From an uncultured Desulfobacter sp. (GTDB lineage Bacteria > Desulfobacterota > Desulfobacteria > Desulfobacterales > Desulfobacteraceae), in NCBI GenBank assembly GCA_963665095.1, contig OY762069.1:5888001-5952000 (forward strand): a DNA stretch of 64,000 nucleotides, in the 5' to 3' direction. The notes under the pieces are model-generated. The model was not told where the DNA came from. It saw nothing but the letters and a program-made list of their open reading frames with translations, and made no database searches. A program made the position numbers and the translations under genes. Each line of letters begins with the position of its first letter. Positions within the stretch are counted from its first letter, which is position 1. Below, piece by piece: positions 8,202 through 18,668 of this stretch.

Positions 8202-11200
8202 ATGCATGCATTATCTGCCTGGTTCACCAGGAATCCCGTGGCTGCCAACCTGTTGATGATCCTTGTGCTGATCGCAGGATTTTTCACCTTGTTTTCCATT
8301 CGCATTGAAGGATTTCCCGCCCTGCCGGTGAACAGTATCACCGTGCAGACCACCTATCCCGGCGCCAGTGCCGAACAGGTGGACAGGGGCGTTTCCCGGA
8401 AAATTGAAAATGCCCTGGAAGGCATGCCCGGCGTAAAAAAAATTTCATCCACATCCTATGAAGGCCTGTCCACGGTCAGCATCCGCAAAACACCCAAATT
8501 TGACATGGACCGGTTCCAAAATGAGATCCAGTCCCGGGTGGACAGCATCTACAATCTGCCGGACCGGGCCGAGCGCCCGGTGGTTTCCAGGGATGAGTTT
8601 AATGTCATGGGCCTGATCGTCCAGGTGTATGGGGATACTGACGAAATCACGCTGCAGCAGACGGCAAGGCAGGTCAAAGAGGAGCTGCTTTCCCATCCCA
8701 TGCTGACCCGCATAGAGGTGTTTGGTCAAAAACCCTATGAAATCCGCATTGAAGTGGATATGGACAAGCTTCGCTCCTGCGGCATGACCCTGGAAGAGGT
8801 GGCATCCGCCATTAACCAGGCCTCCCTGGATTACGCCACCGGCACCATTGAAAGCAAAAGCGGCAAGGTGGTGATCCGGGCGGATAAAAAAGCGTTCTCC
8901 TTTGAAGAATTTTCCAATATCGGTGTGCGTACCTTAAGCAACGGCACACAGCTTCTGGTAAAAGACATTGCAACGGTTGTGGACGGGTTTGAAACAGAAC
9001 CTTTTTTTGCACGGTTCCAGGGCAAACCGTCCGTGGGCATGCTGATCTACACCGGACAGAAAGGCGATCTTATGGCCGTGAACAAGGCGGCCCGGGATGT
9101 GATTGAAAAAATCCGTCCGGGTCTGCCCAGGGGCATTAAGATCGACATCTGGGCGGAGCAGGCCACCTACATGAAGGACCGGCTCAAACTTCTGGCCTCC
9201 AATGCCTGGCAGGGGCTGTTAATTGTGTTTGTGCTGCTGGCCTTGTTTCTCAATGTTAAACTTGCAGTGTGGGTGGCCATGGGTATTCCCATCTCCCTGG
9301 CAGGGGCTTTGTCCCTTATGGGCGAGCGGTTTTTGAACTACTCTTTAAACGATATCACCACATTCGGCATGATCATTGTGCTGGGCATCCTGGTGGATGA
9401 CGCCATTGTGGTGGGCGAAAGCGTGTTTGATGCCAGAAAGCAAAACTCTGATCCGGTCGCAGGCACCATTGAAGGGGTGCACCGGGTCTCCACAGCCACG
9501 GTGTTTGGCTGTTTTACCACGGTGGCGGCCTTTTATCCCCTGCTGCTCATTGAAAATGAAATCGGCAAACTGTTTGCCAGTTTCTCTGTGGTGGTGATCA
9601 TTTCGGTCATTGCCTCCATGCTGGAAAGCAAGCTTGTGCTGCCGGCTCACCTGGCTGCCATCTCCATGAACCAGGACGCACCAGGCACACAAAAATCCAA
9701 AGGGGTTGTACACAGGGTGTGGGCCTTTGTGCAGAAAAAAGCCTCGGGCCTGATGGATTTTGTCAACACCCGCATTTACCAACCAATGCTTAAAACCACC
9801 CTTAACCACCGTTATGCCACCCTGGTATTCCTTGTCACGGTTGCCGTGTGCGGCATCGGCCTGATATCCAACGGCTGGATCAGAACGGTTTTTTTCCCGC
9901 AGGTGCCTGGCCAGATCATCACCGTGACCCTGAAAACCCGTTCCGGTTCCCCGTCTGATCTGACGGCTGACCATATCTCCTTTATTGAAAAACAGGCCCA
10001 AGCGCTCAATGAAGAGGCCATGGCTGAGTTGAACACGGAACAACCGCCCATTGCCCGGATCATGACGGCGGTCACAGGTTCCAACAATGCAGAAATTTAC
10101 GCGGAACTGCAGCCGGAAAGCCAAAGGCAGCTTGACACCCTGGAGACCTTGAAGCGCTGGCGCAAACGGGTGGGCACCCTGGAAGGGGTGGAAACACTGA
10201 CCTTCAGCGGATCATTTGAAACAGGCGGCGGATTCGTGCTTGAGCTTGGTGCGCGGGATTCTGCCGTGCTCACGGATGCGGTGGCCCGGTTTGAGGCTGA
10301 CTTTGCCAAGATCAAGGGTGTCCATGATATCCGGGACGACCTGGACCAGGGTAACCCAAGGCTTCGGCTGCATCTCAAGCCCGAAGCCAGGCATATGGGC
10401 CTTACCACCGCAGACCTTGCCGGCCAGATCGGAAACGCCTTTGGGGGCCTTGAAATCCAGCGCATCCAGCGGGGCACCGAAGAGGTTAAGGTAAAGGTCA
10501 GATACGGGGAAGACCGGTGCCGGTATATCCGGGATCTTCTTTCCACCCGGATCCGCACCCGGAACGGACAATGGGTTCCCTTGTCCCTGGTGGCCGACAT
10601 TGAATCCGGGTATGTGCCGGCAGCCATTGTGCGCCAGGATAAAAAGCGGGTGGCCCAGGTCGAGGCGAACCTGGATAAAGAAGTTATCAGCGCCGAAGAG
10701 GCAATCAAGCTCATTAAAAAGGATATCATCCCCCGGTTACAGCAGCTTTACCCCCAGCTGACCATCAAAGCGGCCGGCGAACTTGAGGATATGGGTGAGA
10801 TGAAAGGGGGCATGATCCGAGCCCTTGCCATGATCCTGATCCTGATCTACGCCCTTTTGGCCGTACCCTTGAAATCCTATTGGCAGCCCCTTGTGATCAT
10901 GTCTGTCATTCCATTCGGGTTTGTGGGCGCTGTGGCCGGGCACTGGGCCATGGGGTTTGATTTAAGTGTGCTCTCTTTTTTTGGCATGCTGGCTGTCACG
11001 GGCGTCGTGGTCAATGACAGCCTGGTGCTTTTATCCCGGTTCAACGATGTAACCGACGATTTCCCAAACTGTTTTCAGGCATTGATAAACGCAGGAAACA
11101 GCCGGTTTCGGGCCATTGTCTTAACCACGCTGACCACGGTGTGCGGACTTATGCCCCTGCTGTCCGAAACATCGGAGCAGGCCCAGTACCTGATTCCGGC

Positions 11201-11357
11201 TGCCATATCCCTGGCCTTTGGGGAGTTGTTTGCCACCCCTGTTACCCTGTTCATTGTCCCGGTGCTGATCCACATCGGGCATGACGCAAAAAAAGCGGCA
11301 GGAAAAGTAAACGGTTTTATTTCTTTGGCCCAGGCTGCGAAAATAAATAATCAATAG
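8202..11357 (+). CDS. RND efflux permease (AcrB/AcrD/AcrF family)
   Basis: 1051 aa; YPGASAEQV, GILVDDAIVVGE, RFRAIVLTTLTTVCGLMPL. Confidence 0.95.
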   Translation: MHALSAWFTRNPVAANLLMILVLIAGFFTLFSIRIEGFPALPVNSITVQTTYPGASAEQVDRGVSRKIENALEGMPGVKKISSTSYEGLSTVSIRKTPKFDMDRFQNEIQSRVDSIYNLPDRAERPVVSRDEFNVMGLIVQVYGDTDEITLQQTARQVKEELLSHPMLTRIEVFGQKPYEIRIEVDMDKLRSCGMTLEEVASAINQASLDYATGTIESKSGKVVIRADKKAFSFEEFSNIGVRTLSNGTQLLVKDIATVVDGFETEPFFARFQGKPSVGMLIYTGQKGDLMAVNKAARDVIEKIRPGLPRGIKIDIWAEQATYMKDRLKLLASNAWQGLLIVFVLLALFLNVKLAVWVAMGIPISLAGALSLMGERFLNYSLNDITTFGMIIVLGILVDDAIVVGESVFDARKQNSDPVAGTIEGVHRVSTATVFGCFTTVAAFYPLLLIENEIGKLFASFSVVVIISVIASMLESKLVLPAHLAAISMNQDAPGTQKSKGVVHRVWAFVQKKASGLMDFVNTRIYQPMLKTTLNHRYATLVFLVTVAVCGIGLISNGWIRTVFFPQVPGQIITVTLKTRSGSPSDLTADHISFIEKQAQALNEEAMAELNTEQPPIARIMTAVTGSNNAEIYAELQPESQRQLDTLETLKRWRKRVGTLEGVETLTFSGSFETGGGFVLELGARDSAVLTDAVARFEADFAKIKGVHDIRDDLDQGNPRLRLHLKPEARHMGLTTADLAGQIGNAFGGLEIQRIQRGTEEVKVKVRYGEDRCRYIRDLLSTRIRTRNGQWVPLSLVADIESGYVPAAIVRQDKKRVAQVEANLDKEVISAEEAIKLIKKDIIPRLQQLYPQLTIKAAGELEDMGEMKGGMIRALAMILILIYALLAVPLKSYWQPLVIMSVIPFGFVGAVAGHWAMGFDLSVLSFFGMLAVTGVVVNDSLVLLSRFNDVTDDFPNCFQALINAGNSRFRAIVLTTLTTVCGLMPLLSETSEQAQYLIPAAISLAFGELFATPVTLFIVPVLIHIGHDAKKAAGKVNGFISLAQAAKINNQ

Positions 11358-11413
11358 GACAAAAAAGACCATGAATACGCCAATATGTACCGGATCATTT
11401 AACCGGAAAAAAG

Positions 11414-11641
11414 ACGGATAGGAACTTCCTTTTTTACCGAAAAGGTATAGCAAAGAATGAAAAGATCATCAAGAACCTTGAATATGGCTCCAGCCGGTCA
11501 CGGATGTCAGAAATAACACCAGAGAGAAACAATAAAAATCCGGCCTGCGCCACTGAAAAAGCGCTGAACAGCTATCTTTTTTGACTGATTTTGAGCATAC
11601 CCCACCGGAAATCCCCCAAAGTGCTGGAATTAATGCCAGCC
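11414..11641. repeat. 228-bp direct repeat, left copy
   Basis: Matches 31309-31536 with about 4 mismatches by manual comparison. Confidence 0.95.
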
Positions 11642-11717
11642 GAAGGTTGGCCTATGGGGATGCGGGAAGGGTGTGCCATTCAAATTTTTATTCATAATAT
11701 CAAACACTCCTCTTTCA

Positions 11718-11790
11718 GACAAAATGGTTTACAGGACAAACAAAAATAACTTTTCAAACAAACACATTTTTTCTGTTAATGTATTCTTCT
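11718..11790 (+). promoter_or_regulatory. Putative AraC-dependent promoter of TonB receptor 1
   Basis: CAAAATGG..GGACAAACAAAA..ACAAACA..GTTAATGTATTCT; same layout recurs at 14936-15010. Confidence 0.45.
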
Positions 11791-11852
11791 CCTAACTTTA
11801 CGGCTGTTTCATTAAATTTTAGACTGGTACAAGATTAGAAAAGGAGAATCAG

Positions 11853-13802
11853 ATGAATTGTAAACGCATTATTTCAGCGGTTTTTGCAATGGCCCTTTTA
11901 GGGGCCGTGTTTGGCCAGGCCGGCTGGGCAAAGGAGGACCACTCCCCTGAAGCCCTGGAGAGCATGGTGATCACCGCCACAAAAACACCCTACACCCTTG
12001 AAGATGTGCCCGTGGAGACAGTGCTCATCACCGGCAAGGATATTGAGCGTTCAAACGCAAAGACAATTGAGGGGCTTTTGGGAACCATACCGGGATTTAA
12101 CTTTTCCCAGGCACCGGACCTTACCGGAACCATGAACTTTAGAAATACCATCCGCGGATTGAACATCGAAGACCGCCGTATGCTTGTACTGGTTGACGGG
12201 CAGCGGGTATTTGGCGGATATGCCAGCGGCGGAATGGCCTTTGGCGGAGATGCTTTTAATGTCAATGTGGTGCCTTTGAGCCTGGTGGATCACATTGAAG
12301 TGGTAAAGGGGCCGGCCTCTGCATTATACGGCAGTGAAGCCGTAACAGGTGTTATCAATATCATTACAAAAGTGCCTGAAAAACAGACCAAAGCCGCTGT
12401 GGCAGCAGGCTATGGCTGGTACACAATGGACGGCGAAAGAAATGGGCGCAAGGTCACTGAAACAACCCGGTCCACCTACAATGCTTTCGGCACTGTACAA
12501 GGCGCTGTAACAGACACGCTCAGCGCCACTTTAAGCTTCAGCCACGAAGCCCATGAGGGCATCAAAGAAATAGGCCAGACTGTTTTTAAAAATTATATCC
12601 ACACCCAGTTGCAGCTGTCTGCTTCGGATAATTTTACACTGAAAGGAGGCGCAGAGCTTACCGCCTATGAAGCAGACGGGAAAGATTGGGTCAGCTGGAC
12701 TTCCACATGGGAAGATGACACGGCCGATGAATTGATTCCCCGGTTCTGGCTTGTGGGAGACTATAAGATTAATGCTGATCACAGTCTCAAGCTCCAGGGA
12801 TATTTTCAAAGAATAGACGGTGACATTGTTGCGGCAGCTTCCACAGGTGCCCAGAATTATGATAACAGGTACGGTGATGTGGAAATTCAATACACAGGCC
12901 GGTTCTTTGACGATCATTTGTTCACCTCCGGCATCGAATACCTGCGGACCTCGTATGAAGGCAACTTTGTAGCTGACAGTGAAAATACCACCCTGAGCCT
13001 ATATGCCCAGGATGAATGGCGGCTCTTTGACGGTGCCCTTATTCTTATCCCGGGCGCTCGGGTTGATGACAACAGCGACTATGGGCGGCAGTGGAGTCCG
13101 AAATTCAATGCCATGTACACCCCTTTACCCGGAACAAAATTCCGTGCAGGCCTGGGCAAAACCTTCAAAGCCCCCACCCCGGGCCAAATGTCAAGCGAAC
13201 GGTTCTGGATGGTTTATATGTGGGCCCAAGGTAATCCCGACCTGACGCCGGAAGAGGGTTTCACATGGCAGGTGGGACTGGATCAGGACCTATGGGATGG
13301 CCGCTTGAATTTAGGGATCACCTACTATAATACCGAGCTTACGGATATGATTGCCGAAGGCTTGAGGGACGACGGTGTTTACAGCTACTCCAATATATCT
13401 GAAGGAGAAATCCAGGGGGTTGAAACCACAGCCAACATAGCGCTTTGGGCATCTTATCATCTTGTTTTGACATACGCCTATACCGATGCCAGGGATGGCC
13501 AGACCGGCGAACGTCTGGTTTGCGTACCCGAGCATTCATTCGGTGCCCAACTGGACTATGCCAATAAAAAATACGGCTTTGACGCAATGCTGTCTGTGTC
13601 CCATACCACCGATCAGATCAATGGCATGAGTGCCGGCACCACAGAGGACTTCACCACTGTGGGATGCAAATTACAAAAAGATATTATGGAAAACGGGCGG
13701 ATTATCCTGGCGATGTCCAATCTTTTTGACCAGGAATTGCGCGGGTCTGAACTTTTTTATCCCAGGCAGGCCATTAAGGCCGGTATAGAGTTTGACTTTT
13801 GA
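11853..13802 (+). CDS. TonB-dependent receptor (CirA/BtuB-like)
   Basis: Signal peptide, TonB box ESMVITAT, IEVVKGPASALYGSEAVTGVINIITK, C-terminal Phe. Confidence 0.93.
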   Translation: MNCKRIISAVFAMALLGAVFGQAGWAKEDHSPEALESMVITATKTPYTLEDVPVETVLITGKDIERSNAKTIEGLLGTIPGFNFSQAPDLTGTMNFRNTIRGLNIEDRRMLVLVDGQRVFGGYASGGMAFGGDAFNVNVVPLSLVDHIEVVKGPASALYGSEAVTGVINIITKVPEKQTKAAVAAGYGWYTMDGERNGRKVTETTRSTYNAFGTVQGAVTDTLSATLSFSHEAHEGIKEIGQTVFKNYIHTQLQLSASDNFTLKGGAELTAYEADGKDWVSWTSTWEDDTADELIPRFWLVGDYKINADHSLKLQGYFQRIDGDIVAAASTGAQNYDNRYGDVEIQYTGRFFDDHLFTSGIEYLRTSYEGNFVADSENTTLSLYAQDEWRLFDGALILIPGARVDDNSDYGRQWSPKFNAMYTPLPGTKFRAGLGKTFKAPTPGQMSSERFWMVYMWAQGNPDLTPEEGFTWQVGLDQDLWDGRLNLGITYYNTELTDMIAEGLRDDGVYSYSNISEGEIQGVETTANIALWASYHLVLTYAYTDARDGQTGERLVCVPEHSFGAQLDYANKKYGFDAMLSVSHTTDQINGMSAGTTEDFTTVGCKLQKDIMENGRIILAMSNLFDQELRGSELFYPRQAIKAGIEFDF

Positions 13803-13865
13803 GAACATGAAAAAGGGCAATAGTTCTTTTTTGTTCTCGTTATAAAATTTGCGGTTTTCACCATT

Positions 13866-13912
13866 GTTGTGGGCTGATCCGGGGTTAAAACCCGGTCGGC
13901 CCATGGCCGTTA
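13866..13912 (+). repeat. Conserved hairpin element, copy A
   Basis: GTTGTGGGCTGA..inner stem..TCGGCCCATGGCCGTTA. Confidence 0.7.
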
Positions 13913-14013
13913 TTCCAACCATCACCGTTTTTTGTTTGACAAAAAGTCAGGCGCCTTTTAATGTTTTCCCTAACTATTTATTGTATGCCATTATAAATAA
14001 TTGGGAAATTGTT

Positions 14014-14883
14014 ATGGATTTTGTCACTGAAACCCAAAAGTATCCTCCACAGATAGATATTGAAAAATGGAATAAGCGCCTCACCCTGTATCCTGGATTC
14101 CAGCTTCGATGCATGGAACTTAACGCCACCCGCAATGTGGTTGCAGATTTCCGGCGCGACTACCCATTTCTTGAATTCGGCTGTCTGCTCTCCGGGAAGC
14201 TCACCGGATCTGCCCGCACAGATAATGGGCAAAACCGGTATGTAGAAGGGCACCCGGGCCAGACATGGTGCTCGTTTTGCAACAAGTCCCGGGGCACCAT
14301 TGAGTATCTTGCAGGACAAACTGTTCAGGTTGTGCTTTTTCATATTCACGGCCCGCTGCTGGAGAATCTGTCTCTTCCCCGAAAAGGGCACTCCTTAAAC
14401 ACATCCGGCCACCTGACCCCTGCCGTAAACAAAATTGTCCAGCAAATTATTCAGATCAATGACCATACCGATACATGCAATCAGCTGCTTCTCACCTCCA
14501 AAGCCTATGAGCTTCTTTTTCACCTTTCCTCCTATGAAGACATTGCTCCGGATTATTCCACTGAAAACCGGCAAAAAGTGAAAAAGGCCCAGGACATCCT
14601 GAACCACAATCTGGCCTCCCCGCCTTGTCTTTCGGAGCTTGCCCGGAAGACTGGCTTGTGCAAAACCAATCTGGCCAGAGAATTCAAAAAACAATCCGGC
14701 ACCACTGTATTTGGCTATCTTCGGCAGCAACGGCTGGCCCGGGCAAAGGAGTTGATTACCCTTCACAACCTTAGCGCCTCCGAAGCGGCATGGGAGGTGG
14801 GATATTCCAGCTTAAGCTCTTTTCACCGCGCCTTTTGCGCCCATTACGGTGCAACACCCGGTTCTTTTACCCCAAAATCCTGA
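14014..14883 (+). CDS. AraC family regulator (PchR/YbtA-like)
   Basis: LLLTSKAYELL, PPCLSELARKTGL, GTTVFGYLRQQRL, AWEVGYSSLSSFHRAF; ATG 14014 preferred over TTG 13849. Confidence 0.9.
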   Translation: MDFVTETQKYPPQIDIEKWNKRLTLYPGFQLRCMELNATRNVVADFRRDYPFLEFGCLLSGKLTGSARTDNGQNRYVEGHPGQTWCSFCNKSRGTIEYLAGQTVQVVLFHIHGPLLENLSLPRKGHSLNTSGHLTPAVNKIVQQIIQINDHTDTCNQLLLTSKAYELLFHLSSYEDIAPDYSTENRQKVKKAQDILNHNLASPPCLSELARKTGLCKTNLAREFKKQSGTTVFGYLRQQRLARAKELITLHNLSASEAAWEVGYSSLSSFHRAFCAHYGATPGSFTPKS

Positions 14884-14935
14884 ACCAGCCCGAACATTTC
14901 ATTAAAATTCAAATTCATCATGTTTTATCCTGTCC

Positions 14936-15010
14936 AACAAAACGGCCAATGGGATAAAGCAAAATGTATTCTTGGACAAACATTTGTTTCAAAAGTCAAT
15001 TATACTCTTC
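14936..15010 (+). promoter_or_regulatory. Putative AraC-dependent promoter of ABC operon 1
   Basis: CAAAACGG..GGATAAAGCAAAA..GGACAAACA..GTCAATTATACT, collinear with 11718-11790. Confidence 0.45.
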
Positions 15011-15133
15011 TGGTTTTTAAAGAAAGTCACAATAAGTTGTTGAGTTACTTTTATTTTTCGTTGTGGGCTAACGTCTGGGCCCAGATAGATGGCCCGGACG
15101 GACCAGATAGCCCAGATCGGCCCGTGGCAGTTA
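15010..15133 (+). repeat. Conserved hairpin element, copy B (possible leader RNA)
   Basis: CTGGTTTTT..GAAAG..AATAAGTTGTTGAGT..TTTTCGTTGTGGGCTAA..TCGGCCCGTGGCAGTTA; between the putative -10 box and ATG 15164. Confidence 0.7.
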
Positions 15134-15163
15134 ATTAAAAAAAACACAGAGGAAATTTCAAAA

Positions 15164-16954
15164 ATGACCACATCCCGAAGGGCCACCCTTGTGTGGCTGT
15201 TTGAAAACAGCAGGGGGTACAGGATCAAGCTGTTTGCCGCCCTGGGGCTTGCGTCAGTCAGCGCCGTACTGGCGGTTGTGCCCATGGTCTGCGTCTACCT
15301 GGTCGCCCAAAACCTGTTTAACAGCCAAGAAGCGGCCAGGGGGCAGATAATGGAGCAGGTAATGCCCCTGCTGCTGATAGCGGCAGGCTCCGTGGTACTT
15401 CGCTGCGCCACCTATCTTCTGGCCATGATCTGCTCCCATGTCAGTGCGTATGGCATTAACTATGACCTGCGGGCCCGCATCGCCGCCCACCTTGCCAGGC
15501 TGCCCATGGGGTTTTTCACCCAAAAATCATCCGGGGCAACCAAAAAAATCATGCTTGAAGATATGGAAAACATGGAGCCTTTTATTGCCCACTATCTGCC
15601 GGACCTGGCTTCGGCCCTTGTTCTGCAGGTGGTATCGGCAGTCTTTCTTTTCAGGGTGAATCCTATGCTTGCCCTTGCCGCTGTCTTGCCGGTTCCCATT
15701 GCAGCAGTTATGCATGTGGGTATGAACCGGGTCTACCGGGAAAATGTCAAGCCCTTCCATGACAACATGGAGTCCATGAATAATGCCATTGTGGAGTATG
15801 TCAGGGGCATGCCGGTCATTAAGGCATTTAACCGGACCGCCCGTTCTTTTGGCCAGTACCGGCAGACCCTTGAAACCCACCTAGGTATTTCCGAGGATTG
15901 GAGCAAGCGATCCGCCGGGTTTGCCTCCTTTTTCTGGGTATGCCTTGACCTGGGATTAATGTTTATCCTGCCGGCCGGTTTTTTCATGTTCAACTCGGGT
16001 CGGATTGATGGGGCGCAGCTTGTGCTGTTCCTGTTGCTAGGCACCGGACTGATGGAGCCTTTGGGCCGGATCATCATGATCACGGGGCTTTTGGACCGGA
16101 TAGGGGAAGGGTTTAACCGCATCCAGGCGCTGCTGGACCAGCCGCCGTTGCAGGAACCATGTTCCCGGGCCGAACCCCGGGGCCTGGAATCGGAAAATTA
16201 TGACTTAGAGTTTCGGCACGTGTCATTTGGATATGGGGAAAAACAAGTATTAAAGGATCTGTGTTTTAAACTGCCCCAGGGGAGCGTAACCGGGATGGTC
16301 GGTCCATCAGGCGCCGGGAAGTCCACAACGGCAAGGCTTGCGGCAAGGTTCTGGGATATATCCAAGGGGGAAATTCTGATCGGCGGTAATAATATCAAAG
16401 AGATACCCATGCATGATCTGATGGAAACCATTGCCTTTGTTTTCCAGGATGTTTACCTGATGAACGACACCATTATGGAGAATATCCGCATGGGACGTCC
16501 CGGGGCCACGGACAAGGAGGTTATGAAGGCGGCCCAAAATGCGTCAGCCCATAAGTTTATCTGTTCCCTTTCAAAGGGGTACCAGACCATGGCAGGTGAA
16601 GGAGGCGCTCATCTCAGCGGCGGTGAAAAGCAGCGCATTGCCATTGCAAGGGCGATTTTAAAAGATGCCCCCATCCTCATCCTGGACGAAGTCACCTCGG
16701 CCACGGACCCTGAAAACGAGCGGCACATTCACCAGGCCCTTAACCGGCTCATGGACGGCAAGACCGTTTTGGTCATTGCCCACAAGCTCTCCTCTGTCAT
16801 GCATGCCGACCATCTGCTGCTGTTCGAAAACGGGCGCATTCGCACCCAGGGACTTCACCGGGAACTGCTTAGTGACGAACTTTACAACAACTTATGGCAA
16901 CGCTGCACCCGGGCAGAAAACTGGAAGATTAAGGAAAACGCCCATGTTTATTAG
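15164..16954 (+). CDS. ABC transporter ATP-binding/permease (YbtP/IrtA-like exporter fold)
   Basis: TM domain + GPSGAGKS, LSGGEKQRIAIAR, LILDE; VEYVRGMPVIKAF; GAGG RBS before 15164. Confidence 0.9.
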   Translation: MTTSRRATLVWLFENSRGYRIKLFAALGLASVSAVLAVVPMVCVYLVAQNLFNSQEAARGQIMEQVMPLLLIAAGSVVLRCATYLLAMICSHVSAYGINYDLRARIAAHLARLPMGFFTQKSSGATKKIMLEDMENMEPFIAHYLPDLASALVLQVVSAVFLFRVNPMLALAAVLPVPIAAVMHVGMNRVYRENVKPFHDNMESMNNAIVEYVRGMPVIKAFNRTARSFGQYRQTLETHLGISEDWSKRSAGFASFFWVCLDLGLMFILPAGFFMFNSGRIDGAQLVLFLLLGTGLMEPLGRIIMITGLLDRIGEGFNRIQALLDQPPLQEPCSRAEPRGLESENYDLEFRHVSFGYGEKQVLKDLCFKLPQGSVTGMVGPSGAGKSTTARLAARFWDISKGEILIGGNNIKEIPMHDLMETIAFVFQDVYLMNDTIMENIRMGRPGATDKEVMKAAQNASAHKFICSLSKGYQTMAGEGGAHLSGGEKQRIAIARAILKDAPILILDEVTSATDPENERHIHQALNRLMDGKTVLVIAHKLSSVMHADHLLLFENGRIRTQGLHRELLSDELYNNLWQRCTRAENWKIKENAHVY

Positions 16955-18668
16955 CACCTTGAAAAAAATAACCAACGGCAACATCAGTTATCTTAATGCC
17001 CCTGTGGCTGCCGCTGTTCTGGAGGCCCTTTTCGTGGCCGCACCCTATGCCCTTCTTGCCCTGATTCTGCCTGACATCCTGGCCGGCCGCATGGCCACGG
17101 CAACCTTTGGGTACTGGTATATGGCACTTTTGTTTTGTTTTGCCATGCGCGCTTTTTTTTCCCTTAAAAGCTACGGCGGCGGCATGTGTGCCGGATACAG
17201 GATGGGCGCGGCCATCCGCCTGAGCCTAGGCGAGCATTTGCCTAAACTGTCCATGGGATTTTTTTCCAAACGGGATATCGGCGAGCTGGTCAACCGGCTT
17301 TTTCTCAACACAGAGATGGTTGAACAGATGGTCGGCCACTTTCTGACCCAGTCCATCACCAATATCTGCACATCTTTGTTTGTCATGATTGCGTTGTTCC
17401 TGATCAATCCGAAGATGGCGGCTGTCATGGTGGCGGCCTTAGGCCTGGGCCTTCCCCTGCTGGCAGGCCTGCTCAAATTTGTGGGCAGGGAGATCAAAAA
17501 AAAGGGGGAGATCACAGACAGGGCCAACTCCCGGATTCTTGAATACCTGCACGGTATCATGGTGTTTAAGGCGTTCAACGTTACGGGCATGGGGTTTGAA
17601 CGGCTTAAAGAAGCACTGGATGACCTGCGCAGATTTACCATTCAGCTGGAGATCAAGGGATTTACCGTTGCCCTGACCTATGTTGCCATCCTGGAGCTTG
17701 GCTTTGTGGTGCTGGTTTTTGCAGGAATTTACTTTGTGAAGCAAAACAACCTGGGAATACCTGAGATGATTGTTTTTCTTGTGGTCAGCCTCCGGTTTTA
17801 CAGGCCTTTGCACAGATTCTCGGAAAATGCAGCCCTGACCCGGGCCACCTTTACCGGAGCCCGGGCCATTGAAGAGATCTTTGACCATAAACCCATTGAA
17901 GGAAACGACACCGGTCCTGTATCTGACTTTACCATCTGCTTTGATTCGGTGGGATTTGGATACAAATCATCCGAGGTGGTCAGCAACGTAAGCTTTACGG
18001 CAAAACAAAGAAGCATGACCGCCCTTGTGGGGCCGTCCGGCTCAGGCAAAAGCACCCTGATAAAGCTTGCAGCAAGATTCTGGGATGTGGACCGGGGCAA
18101 AATCACAGTGGGCGGGAAAGATATCCGTACCATGGCGCCCGAGGCGCTGCTTTCCAACATCAGCATGGTGTTCCAGGATGTTTACCTGTTCAACGATACC
18201 ATTGAAAACAACATTTGCATGGGAAAAGAAAACGCCGGCCGAAACGAGGTGATGGCCGCAGCACGCAAGGCCCAATGCCATGACCTGATCATGGGCCTGC
18301 CCCAGGGGTACGATACAATAATCGGGGAAGGCGGGGGCACATTGTCAGGCGGTGAAAAACAGAGGATCGCCATTGCCAGGGCCATGCTCAAGGATGCACC
18401 CATTGTCCTGCTGGACGAGGCCACAGCCTCCCTGGACCCGGAAAACGACCGGCTGGTCCAGACGGCCATTGACAGCCTGATCAGCTCCAAAACATTGCTG
18501 GTCATTGCCCACAGGCTCCATACGGTCACGGCAGCAGACCAGATCGTGGTACTGGATCAGGGAAAGATAATACAGCAAGGACAACACAAAGAACTGCTGG
18601 CAAAAAACGGTCTTTATGCCCGTTTGTGGAATGAACAACAACATCCCATGGGATTTGGAAAAAAATAA
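16944..18668 (+). CDS. ABC transporter ATP-binding/permease (YbtQ/IrtB-like)
   Basis: GPSGSGKS, LSGGEKQR, LLDEATASLDPEN; ATG 16944 with AAGGA RBS, overlapping partner gene. Confidence 0.9.
   Translation: MFISTLKKITNGNISYLNAPVAAAVLEALFVAAPYALLALILPDILAGRMATATFGYWYMALLFCFAMRAFFSLKSYGGGMCAGYRMGAAIRLSLGEHLPKLSMGFFSKRDIGELVNRLFLNTEMVEQMVGHFLTQSITNICTSLFVMIALFLINPKMAAVMVAALGLGLPLLAGLLKFVGREIKKKGEITDRANSRILEYLHGIMVFKAFNVTGMGFERLKEALDDLRRFTIQLEIKGFTVALTYVAILELGFVVLVFAGIYFVKQNNLGIPEMIVFLVVSLRFYRPLHRFSENAALTRATFTGARAIEEIFDHKPIEGNDTGPVSDFTICFDSVGFGYKSSEVVSNVSFTAKQRSMTALVGPSGSGKSTLIKLAARFWDVDRGKITVGGKDIRTMAPEALLSNISMVFQDVYLFNDTIENNICMGKENAGRNEVMAAARKAQCHDLIMGLPQGYDTIIGEGGGTLSGGEKQRIAIARAMLKDAPIVLLDEATASLDPENDRLVQTAIDSLISSKTLLVIAHRLHTVTAADQIVVLDQGKIIQQGQHKELLAKNGLYARLWNEQQHPMGFGKK

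Noticed and set aside
16665..16943. 93-codon N-terminal extension of the second ABC ORF (also extensions from 13849 and 15089)
   Set aside because: Overlaps the upstream gene or regulatory DNA; better ATG starts lie downstream
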